From Candidatus Electrothrix yaqonensis (lineage in GTDB: Bacteria > Desulfobacterota > Desulfobulbia > Desulfobulbales > Desulfobulbaceae), in the NCBI GenBank assembly GCA_047651235.1, contig CP178758.1:1410001-1442000 (forward strand): a DNA stretch of 32,000 nucleotides, read 5' to 3'. The translations under genes and the position numbers were made by a program. Every line of letters begins with the position of its first letter. Within the stretch, counting starts at the first letter, position 1. The notes beneath the pieces were generated by a model. That model was not told the origin of the DNA and made no database searches. It saw only the letters and a program-made list of their open reading frames with translations. Of the stretch, positions 17,587 through 25,457 are shown one piece after another.

Positions 17587-17982
17587 CTATGAAACAAGGA
17601 TATCTTGTACCAATTCCAGAGCCTGGGCTGTACGTTCAGTGGAAAGCGCCGCAATAGAGGTATCCTCATTCCGGCTTATAATATGAAAACTGCGGATAGC
17701 GATATTTGCAGTCTTGAATTTTATGGCGATCTTTGCCAATGCTCCTGGTTCATCTTTCACCTTAATCAACAAACAGTCCTCGGTTATAGCATTGAAAGCG
17801 GCATCCCTTAAAACCTTCAGAGCAAGATCATATTTATCGACTGTCATGACAATGACATCTGAGCTTGCCACGGTCTTTGATTCTATCGTGTTAATATTGA
17901 TGTCCTTCCCGGCCATAAGCTCCGTGATGTCCGCAAGGGAAAATCCAGGATTATCCTCCACAACAACAGATATCTGTTTCAT
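17587..17982 (-). CDS. Tandem ACT-domain protein
   Basis: 131 aa made of two roughly 60-aa ACT-like halves (ISVVVEDNPGFSLADITELMAGKDINI... and LLIKVKDEPGALAKIAIKFKTANIAI...). Confidence 0.75.
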   Translation of the reverse strand: MKQISVVVEDNPGFSLADITELMAGKDININTIESKTVASSDVIVMTVDKYDLALKVLRDAAFNAITEDCLLIKVKDEPGALAKIAIKFKTANIAIRSFHIISRNEDTSIAALSTERTAQALELVQDILVS

Positions 17983-19112
17983 TATTTCTTCTCCGGCTCA
18001 GAATCCTGCAGATCATGCATAAATTTATCAATAAACTCTTTCGTGATATGCGGCATGATAATAATATGCGCAATATCTCTGTATGAAGCAAGCTGCCACT
18101 TCCGGATGCATTCATCGGAAGGACGCTTAAATACTACAGTGTTGGAATATGGATTCCTCCAGGCATCCCAGTTGATTTCCCTGAATTGCTCCAAAGCGTA
18201 ATCGGCCAGCGCAAGGCAACTTTCCGCCATCCGCCTGAATCCTTCAACCCCTTTCTGTTTGATTGCATACCAGAGAAAAAGTGGCGTAATCCCGTTCCTG
18301 GAGCCGCTTAATGTGGTATCAAGGGTGCCCACATATTCGATAGACCGGGCGATTCTGTCCACATGATGTCGTTTTGCCAGACTCACGCCGCAGGGAATGG
18401 GAGAACCGATGAATTTATGTCCGCTGATTGCCAGACTGTCTACACAGGAACTAAGACCGAATGCCGGGGCATCCTGTATAAAGGGAAGAAGCATGCCGCT
18501 GAGAGCCGCATCAGAATGAATATAGTGATCCGGCAGGGCGAGATCTTCCAGAATATTGTGTATTTTCTCAATATCATCTATAGCGCCTTTCATGGTTGTT
18601 CCGATATTGGCAACCACAATAGGAACAGCATCCCGCTTGATTCTGATTGTTTCTTCCAGATCCCGGTAATCAATTTCGCCGTTTTCCAGCGATCTGATCA
18701 TGATATTTTTGACGTTCAGCAGGCGGAGTATTTTGGTCACACTGTAATGGGTATCCTGCGAATAGTACACAATTCCTTTCGGATACAGTTCTCTGGCCAG
18801 ATAAAGGCCGTACATGTTCCCTTCTGTTCCGCCGTTAGTGACATAGCCCCAGAATTCTTCACGCGTCTTTGTAAGTTCCGCAAAAAAATTGAGCACCTCA
18901 CGCTCAATTTCATGGGTATTTACCTGGTAGTTGCTGGAGATAAACGGATCTCCGACATTATTTACAGCGTAATTAAGAAATCTGTATAATTCGGAATAAT
19001 CAAAATCCAAGTTGCAGGGGTATCCCATAAAGGTGCCGGATTTTTCCTGTATTTTTTCATACAGCCGATCAATCCTTTGTGCCTCCTGCAGAGAAAGCCC
19101 GGATTTTCCCAT
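17982..19112 (-). CDS. hdc: PLP-dependent histidine decarboxylase family protein (group II decarboxylase)
   Basis: 376 aa from the ATG at 19112, preceded by AAAGGAGG. Aligns along its length, from memory, with the Morganella-type HDC: FWGYVTNGGTEGNMYG, YYSQDTHYSV, NIGTTMKGAIDDI, HSDAALSGM.LPF, SGHKFIGSPIPCG (PLP lysine), SGSRNG.TPL. The track start at 19178 is a GTG without an RBS. Confidence 0.88.
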   Translation of the reverse strand: MGKSGLSLQEAQRIDRLYEKIQEKSGTFMGYPCNLDFDYSELYRFLNYAVNNVGDPFISSNYQVNTHEIEREVLNFFAELTKTREEFWGYVTNGGTEGNMYGLYLARELYPKGIVYYSQDTHYSVTKILRLLNVKNIMIRSLENGEIDYRDLEETIRIKRDAVPIVVANIGTTMKGAIDDIEKIHNILEDLALPDHYIHSDAALSGMLLPFIQDAPAFGLSSCVDSLAISGHKFIGSPIPCGVSLAKRHHVDRIARSIEYVGTLDTTLSGSRNGITPLFLWYAIKQKGVEGFRRMAESCLALADYALEQFREINWDAWRNPYSNTVVFKRPSDECIRKWQLASYRDIAHIIIMPHITKEFIDKFMHDLQDSEPEKK

Positions 19113-19288
19113 TACACCCTGCCTCCTTTCATTATCGCCTGAGAATATTTGGGGACTGTTTTTTCCGGAGAGCTTCACGCCTTATTTTCCTGACGGACCG
19201 AACATATCATACATAGGAGCTTAGCAGGGTTTAAATAAATGGTCAACTCGGCAATGAACAGATATGAATAAATAAATGAGTAAATGGA

Positions 19289-19308
19289 GTCCGGTCCAGG
19301 TCCGGTCC
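19289..19308. repeat. Direct repeat GTCCGGTCC-AG-GTCCGGTCC (11-bp phasing) in the hdc/DUF3524 divergent intergenic region
   Basis: Read directly from the sequence at 19289..19297 and 19300..19308. Function unknown. Confidence 0.5.
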
Positions 19309-19465
19309 CGTGCGCTGCTGCCCGGATTCATCTTTGGGAAATCGACCGTTCTTGTTCTTTGCCGGAAAAAATGATAGGTTAATTGTGGTTGATTTCTGAT
19401 CCGCAGACTGACCGCTGCACAATCCGCCCACCGCCGGCCTCGGAAACCGAACACTCTGTTTTTCT

Positions 19466-20632
19466 TTGAACAAGCCGAACATTCTGCTGCTGGAGTCATA
19501 TTACGGCGGCTCCCACAAGGAATTTCTCACAGGGCTGCAGCAGCATCTTGCCTGCCGTTTCACCCTGCTCTCTCTGCCTGCCAGAAAATGGAAAATGCGG
19601 ATGCAGCTGGCTGCTCCGTGGTTTGCTGAACAGATTGCCGGACTGATCAGTCGGGGTGAGCGCTTTGATGTGATCCTGACCTCCACCTTCCTTGATGTCG
19701 CTGTGCTGCGCAGTCTGCTTGCTGGACAGGGCATCCGGCCGCCTGTGGCTGTTTATTTTCACGAGAACCAGTTCAGTTATCCCGGCCAACTTCCTGATCC
19801 GGGTATTGTTCAGTTTGCCTCCATCAATTTCACCTCTGCCCTATGCGCAGACAGGTTGGCTTTCAACAGCCGGTACAATCTGGAGAGCTTTCTGAACGGC
19901 GTCCGCACCTATCTGAAAAAGGCGAAAGATATGGAACTGCGTCATCTGGAAGATGCAATCCGGACAAAATCGGTCGTCCTGTATCCGGGCATGGATTTCC
20001 GGCTGATTGATGCAGCGGGCCGGGCAGCAGATGGTAAGAAGAAACCGGAAAGAAGGGACAGAACAGATAAAGCGGCATGGAAAAACAGACTGCCTGTTCT
20101 TGTCTGGAATCACCGCTGGGAGCATGACAAGAATCCGGACATCTTTTTTCATGCCCTGTTTGATCTTGCCCCGAATTATGCTTTCAGGGTCATCGTACTG
20201 GGTGAACATTTCCGGGAGCAGCCGGAAATTTTTTCCCGCGCCCAAAAAATACTTGCTGACAGAATGCTGCATTTCGGCTATGCGGAAAGCAGGGCAGAAT
20301 ACGCCAGCCTGCTTCATTGCGGCGATATTATTGTGTCCACGGCCCGGCATGAATTTTTCGGTATGGCGGTGCTTGAAGGGGTGCGGGCCGGATGCCGCCC
20401 CCTAGTCCCGGACCGGCTTTCCTATCAGGAGCTTTTTCCTGATGCATACAGGTATCCTGAAAACAAAAACGGGTTTGTCCGGGCCCTGCGGCAGCTGCTC
20501 AGGGAACCCCGGCCTCTGACAGCGGCTGAGGCACAAAAGATGACCGAACCCTACAGTTGGGACGCAGTTGCCGGAAAGTACAGGCAATGGTTACTGGGAA
20601 TCAGGACACCAGAAACGGATAAACCTCTTTGA
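19466..20632 (+). CDS. DUF3524 / GT4-type glycosyltransferase (bacterial homologue of the GTDC1 family)
   Basis: 388 aa, TTG start. ILLLESYYGGSHKEF and VWNHRWEHDKNP are the DUF3524 N-domain motifs. The C-terminal half is glycosyltransferase group 1-like (ARHEFFGMAVLEG). Confidence 0.82.
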   Translation: MNKPNILLLESYYGGSHKEFLTGLQQHLACRFTLLSLPARKWKMRMQLAAPWFAEQIAGLISRGERFDVILTSTFLDVAVLRSLLAGQGIRPPVAVYFHENQFSYPGQLPDPGIVQFASINFTSALCADRLAFNSRYNLESFLNGVRTYLKKAKDMELRHLEDAIRTKSVVLYPGMDFRLIDAAGRAADGKKKPERRDRTDKAAWKNRLPVLVWNHRWEHDKNPDIFFHALFDLAPNYAFRVIVLGEHFREQPEIFSRAQKILADRMLHFGYAESRAEYASLLHCGDIIVSTARHEFFGMAVLEGVRAGCRPLVPDRLSYQELFPDAYRYPENKNGFVRALRQLLREPRPLTAAEAQKMTEPYSWDAVAGKYRQWLLGIRTPETDKPL

Positions 20633-20798
20633 ATCCTTTCCGGGAGCTACTACAGGATGCCTGATATGTCCCGGCAGAATTTATTTTACAGATCCTGTTT
20701 TACGTTTTACAATCTACAACCCATGAATATATCGGGACAGTGCTGCAGCGCAGTGGTGCGCCTGACAACGCCGGTTCCCGGACAGGCTGAAAAAAATT

Positions 20799-21323
20799 AT
20801 GGCGGACAATATTATTCTGATCGGGTTTATGGGGGTGGGCAAGGGGAGAACAGCCCGTGCCCTTGCTGAACTGAGCGGGCGTTTTGCCGTGGACACCGAT
20901 GACCTGATTGAAAGCATGGTCAAGAAAAAGATCCGCAGAATCTTTGCGGAGCACGGAGAAGCGCGGTTCCGGGAGCTGGAACAGCAGGCGGCGGACTGGC
21001 TGGAAGCCCATGTCACCGGAACTGTGGTGTCAACCGGCGGCGGATTTTTCAAGGTGAATAATCTCAAGCGGCTGGGCAGCGTGGTTTATCTCCACTCCCC
21101 GGTCAGCGACATTCTTGCCTCCATCCATTGTCATCCGAATGCGGCAAAAAAAATCAAGAAGCGACCGCTCCTGCAGAATCTGGCGCAGGCAGAGGAACTG
21201 TTCCGGGAACGGCTGCCGCAGTACCGTCTGGCTGCAGATTATGAGATATCGGTAACCGGCAAGGAACCGCAGGAAACTGCTGCGGAGATCATTGCGGAAA
21301 TAATTAATCTTCCGGGTCGCTGA
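20799..21323 (+). CDS. aroK: Shikimate kinase
   Basis: 174 aa. Contains IILIGFMGVGKGRTARALA (P-loop), DTDDLIE and VVSTGGG. Confidence 0.93.
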   Translation: MADNIILIGFMGVGKGRTARALAELSGRFAVDTDDLIESMVKKKIRRIFAEHGEARFRELEQQAADWLEAHVTGTVVSTGGGFFKVNNLKRLGSVVYLHSPVSDILASIHCHPNAAKKIKKRPLLQNLAQAEELFRERLPQYRLAADYEISVTGKEPQETAAEIIAEIINLPGR

Positions 21324-21339
21324 TATCAGCTCCGGAAGC

Positions 21340-23208
21340 GTGGAAGAACAGATCGATCAGATCAGCAACCCTGCAGAAATTCCGGAAAACGTGACTTTAG
21401 ATTTGCCCTTTGCATTAAAGGTATTTGACGCCCTGCCGATATACGGAATACTGTTCTGTGCTGACGGTACGGTCGTGACCGCGACCGATACCTTTCTTGA
21501 TACCGTCGGACTGCACAGACAGGAAATCACCGGCATGTCTGTTGACGGACTGGAGCCGTATTTTATCAATATCAAGGAGCAGTTTACTGCTGCGGTAATA
21601 TCCTGCGGAACACGCAGTTTTCCGGCCCGGCTGATGCAGCGGAACGGGGAAATGCTTGCTGTCGATCATACCCTGACGCATATTACCGGACCGGACCGGG
21701 AAATGATCGCCAGCATCAGTCATACGATCAACAGGCCGACTGGGGGCGAGGATGCGGAGGAAACAGAAAAAAGGATTGAGGCTGCACACCGGAGAAAACG
21801 CCAGTTCATCGCCAATATCAACCATGAAATCCGCACGCCGATGAATGCCATTGTCGGGTATGCGGAAATGCTCGCCGAGTCTGCACTCGGAGAACAGCAG
21901 CAGCGCTTCGTTGATACGATCAGAAAAAACAGCACTGCTCTGATTTCCATTATCAACGACATGACAGAGCTTTCAAAACTTGAGGCCGGCAGAGTAAAGG
22001 TACAAAAAGCGACTGTTGATCTGCGCGTTATTATTGAACAGCTCCAGGATCTTTTTCAGGACCAGATCAGGCTGAAAAAAATTACTTTTTCCTGCATGGT
22101 CGATCCGTCTCTGCACAGGCAGTACCTGATCGATGCGGACCACTGCCGTCAGATTCTGAGTAATCTTCTCAGTAATGCAGTAAAATACACTGACAGAGGA
22201 AAAATTACCCTGTCAGTTACCGGGAACAGAATCTCGGCAAAGCAGTATATGCTCTCTTTTCTGGTCACGGATACAGGCAGAGGAATGACAATGGAGGAAC
22301 AGACTGAACTTGCCGAGCTGTTTGCCCGTCAGAAAGAGGGAGTCAGTTTTCATGACGGAAAACGCCTTGGTCTGACGCTCAGCGCCCGTCTTGCCCGGAT
22401 CATGGGAGGAGAACTTGCCGTGGAGAGCGTGAAAGGGCGGGGCAGTATGTTTACGCTGACGCTGCCAGCTGCAGCAGCAACGGTTCCGGGAACCGCATCT
22501 GCGCGGCAGCAGCAGGCAGATCGGAAAAAAACAAAGAGCAAACAGCAGCCGGTCATCCTGGTGGTGGATGATATGCCGGAAATGTCCAACCTTGTCAAAA
22601 TTTACTTTTCCGGCTCCCCGATCAAAGTTGTCGAGGCAGCTGATCAGGAGGCGTGTCTGCGCCATGCTTTTTCCTCTCCGCCTGATCTGATTCTGATGGA
22701 CCTTGATCTATCCGGAACCGACGGGCGTGATATCACCCGGCAGCTCAGAGAGAATCCCGTGACAAAGGATGTACCCGTTGTAGTGATGACCGGGCTTATG
22801 ATGGAAAAGAGCACCTGCGGTCCGCTTTTTGATGATTTTCTCCCCAAACCTTTTCATCTGCATGAACTGCGCCGTCTGGTGGATAAATATATTCAGGTAA
22901 AACCGCATACTGCTGAACTGACCGCAGCAGAACCGGATGCATCATTCTTTGAGCCGGAACTGATCAGACCATTCTGGAATGAGGAACTTGAAGCTACGTA
23001 TATCGCAGCTGAGATGAGCGGCAGCCTGGATACTGCAGCGAAACTCGGCCGGAAAATGCAGGAACAGGGAGATCGGAAGACAGCATCGGAACTGACCGCG
23101 ATGGGAGAAAAACTGCAGCGGTGCGCCCGTGAGCTGGATATTCAGGGCGTGGATCAGATATTGACCGCGCTGCGGACAACAGCAGGAAAGACAGGAAAGG
23201 AGTCATGA
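21340..23208 (+). CDS. Hybrid sensor histidine kinase (PAS-HisKA-HATPase_c-REC plus a C-terminal helical tail)
   Basis: 622 aa, GTG start. H-box NINHEIRTPMNAIVGY, N-box LSNLLSNAVKYT, DTGRGM, and a receiver ILVVDD...LILMDLDLSGTDG...LPKPF. Confidence 0.92.
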   Translation: MEEQIDQISNPAEIPENVTLDLPFALKVFDALPIYGILFCADGTVVTATDTFLDTVGLHRQEITGMSVDGLEPYFINIKEQFTAAVISCGTRSFPARLMQRNGEMLAVDHTLTHITGPDREMIASISHTINRPTGGEDAEETEKRIEAAHRRKRQFIANINHEIRTPMNAIVGYAEMLAESALGEQQQRFVDTIRKNSTALISIINDMTELSKLEAGRVKVQKATVDLRVIIEQLQDLFQDQIRLKKITFSCMVDPSLHRQYLIDADHCRQILSNLLSNAVKYTDRGKITLSVTGNRISAKQYMLSFLVTDTGRGMTMEEQTELAELFARQKEGVSFHDGKRLGLTLSARLARIMGGELAVESVKGRGSMFTLTLPAAAATVPGTASARQQQADRKKTKSKQQPVILVVDDMPEMSNLVKIYFSGSPIKVVEAADQEACLRHAFSSPPDLILMDLDLSGTDGRDITRQLRENPVTKDVPVVVMTGLMMEKSTCGPLFDDFLPKPFHLHELRRLVDKYIQVKPHTAELTAAEPDASFFEPELIRPFWNEELEATYIAAEMSGSLDTAAKLGRKMQEQGDRKTASELTAMGEKLQRCARELDIQGVDQILTALRTTAGKTGKES

Positions 23209-24290
23209 GGCTGCGACCGCATAAACCGCTGGTTTTTATTGTTGATGATGTGCCGGAGAATATCCAGATTGCCCTGTCTCACCTGAAGGGACCGGACCTT
23301 GAGTTCGCCTTTGCCACATCCGGAGAGCAGGCCCTGAGCAGGATCAGAAACCGGACGCCTGATCTTGTTCTGCTGGATGTAATGATGCCCGGTATGAGCG
23401 GTTTTGCTGTTATGCAGGAGCTCCGCAGAATACCGGCGATGCGTTCTGTTCCGGTAATCTTTCTGACCGCAAGATCAGAACCGGAAGACGTAGCCCAGGG
23501 TTTTGAACTGGGGGGGGTTGACTATATCACCAAGCCGTTTCACGGTATTGAACTGCGTTCCAGGGTCCACAATCATCTTGAGCTGCACAGTTACCGCCTG
23601 GAACTTGAACAGAAGGTCCGCGCCCGGACCAGGGAATCAACCCTGCTCAAGGATATCACCATTGTGGCTATGGGCGAACTGGCCGAACATCGGGACACCA
23701 ATACGGGGGGGCATATTCAGCGGACCCGTTCTTTTGTCAGGGCATTGGCCGAAACCCTGTTTGATCAGGGAAGATTTACCGAACTGCTCACACCGGAATA
23801 TATAATTCTGCTCTACAAAACCGCGCCGCTGCATGATATCGGCAAGGTGGCCATCCGTGATTCCATTCTTCTCAAAAAGGGCAGGCTGACGGATGGAGAA
23901 TTTACCGAGATGAAAAAGCATACCATTTACGGTGAGGAAGTCATTGATAAACTGACCCAGATGGCAGGCGAGCCCATGGCTTTTCTGGAATGTGCCAGAG
24001 ATCTGGTGGGCAGTCATCATGAAAAATATGACGGTACCGGTTACCCCAGAGGACTGGCCGGTGATGCGATTCCGCTGGCCGGCAGAATTATGACGGTGGC
24101 GGATGTGTATGATGCCTTGCGGACCAGGAGACCCTACAAAAAGCCCTTCAGTCACCAGAAGACCATGCATATAATGGAGGTCGAGGACGGACGGGCACGG
24201 CATTTCGACCCGGATGTCTATGATGCCCTGCTCCATATTGAAAAGCAGTTTGAGCGCATTGCGGAAAAACACAGCAAGGGCATTGAATAA
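23205..24290 (+). CDS. Response regulator with HD-GYP phosphodiesterase domain
   Basis: 361 aa. REC domain (FIVDDVPEN, LLDVMMPGMSG, TKPF). HD-GYP domain (GGHIQR, LHDIGKV, HHEKYDGTGYPRGL). The ATGA overlap with the kinase stop suggests translational coupling. Confidence 0.93.
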   Translation: MRLRPHKPLVFIVDDVPENIQIALSHLKGPDLEFAFATSGEQALSRIRNRTPDLVLLDVMMPGMSGFAVMQELRRIPAMRSVPVIFLTARSEPEDVAQGFELGGVDYITKPFHGIELRSRVHNHLELHSYRLELEQKVRARTRESTLLKDITIVAMGELAEHRDTNTGGHIQRTRSFVRALAETLFDQGRFTELLTPEYIILLYKTAPLHDIGKVAIRDSILLKKGRLTDGEFTEMKKHTIYGEEVIDKLTQMAGEPMAFLECARDLVGSHHEKYDGTGYPRGLAGDAIPLAGRIMTVADVYDALRTRRPYKKPFSHQKTMHIMEVEDGRARHFDPDVYDALLHIEKQFERIAEKHSKGIE

Positions 24291-24338
24291 CAAAGGAATG
24301 ACGCGCCTCCGGTGTTCCTGTACATATTATTGTACGTA

Positions 24339-25391
24339 TCAGGGGAGAGGATAGGAGCATGGGATTCCCTGATAATTCAGAAACTCCAGCGTATCACCCT
24401 GCAGTGAGGTAATATACTCCGGGGTCAGCGGTATCTTGCCCCTGCCGTCCGGCGCATCAAGCACATAGGTCGGTACGGCCATACCGGAGACCGTGCCGAT
24501 AAGACTGCGCATAATTACAAGGCCCGTGCTGATGTCGGTCCGGAAATGATTGGTGCCCTTGGTCAGATCAGCCTGCATGAGATAATAGGGGCGGACTCTG
24601 CTGCGCAGCAGTTTGTACAGTAGCTCCTGCATGACCTCCGGGGTATCGTTTACTCCCTTCAGCAGCACGGTCTGGCAGCCCAGAGGAATACCGGCGTCGG
24701 CCAGCAGTGCGCAGGCCTGTTCCGCTTCCGGAGTGATTTCAGCCGGGTGATTGAAATGGGTGTTGATGTACAGGGGATGATATTGCCGCAGCATGGCAGC
24801 CAGCTCAGGAGTCACCCGCATGGGCAGGGTGCAGGGTGCTCTGGTGCCAATGCGGATCACTTCAATATGCCCGATGCCCCGGAGCCGCTGCAGAATATCC
24901 TCAAGCTGCGCGTCAGAGAGAAGCAGCGGATCCCCGCCTGAAATCAGAACCTCCCGCACCTGCGGCGTATTGCGCAAATATTCCAGTCCGGCTGCAATGG
25001 TCGCTTCGCTGACCCGCATAGTATTTCTGCCCACCTTGCGTTTTCGGGTGCAGAACCGGCAGTACATGGCGCATTGACTGCTCACGAGGAAAAGCACCCT
25101 GTCCGGATACTTGTGCACCAGATTGGGCACAGGGCTCAACCGTTCCTCGCCCAGAGGATCAACCATTCCGGCAGGATCGTCCAGCTCACGGATATCCGGG
25201 ACAGCTTGGCGATAAAGCGGCGTGCCGACCTTTCTGATCAGCTCAAGATAGTACGGCGGAATCCGCAGCGGATAGCGGACGCTTACCGCCTCAATCTCCT
25301 CCCAGTCCTGCTGCTGGTCGCAGCCCAGTGCTGCGGATAGATCTGCCGCACTGGTGATCGCGTTTTTCAGCTGGTCCTGCCAGTCCGTCAT
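24339..25391 (-). CDS. KamA-family radical SAM aminomutase (lysine 2,3-aminomutase / EpmB-like)
   Basis: 350 aa. Contains CAMYCRFCTRKR (CxxxCxxC), ISGGDPLLL, and THFNHP...QTVLLKGVND...RPYYL. Confidence 0.88.
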   Translation of the reverse strand: MTDWQDQLKNAITSAADLSAALGCDQQQDWEEIEAVSVRYPLRIPPYYLELIRKVGTPLYRQAVPDIRELDDPAGMVDPLGEERLSPVPNLVHKYPDRVLFLVSSQCAMYCRFCTRKRKVGRNTMRVSEATIAAGLEYLRNTPQVREVLISGGDPLLLSDAQLEDILQRLRGIGHIEVIRIGTRAPCTLPMRVTPELAAMLRQYHPLYINTHFNHPAEITPEAEQACALLADAGIPLGCQTVLLKGVNDTPEVMQELLYKLLRSRVRPYYLMQADLTKGTNHFRTDISTGLVIMRSLIGTVSGMAVPTYVLDAPDGRGKIPLTPEYITSLQGDTLEFLNYQGIPCSYPLP

Positions 25392-25457
25392 GAGCGAGGT
25401 GTAATGCGTTGTATCCGTGTTGTTATCACATCAAAGCTGGACAGAAGGGCAGCCGGT

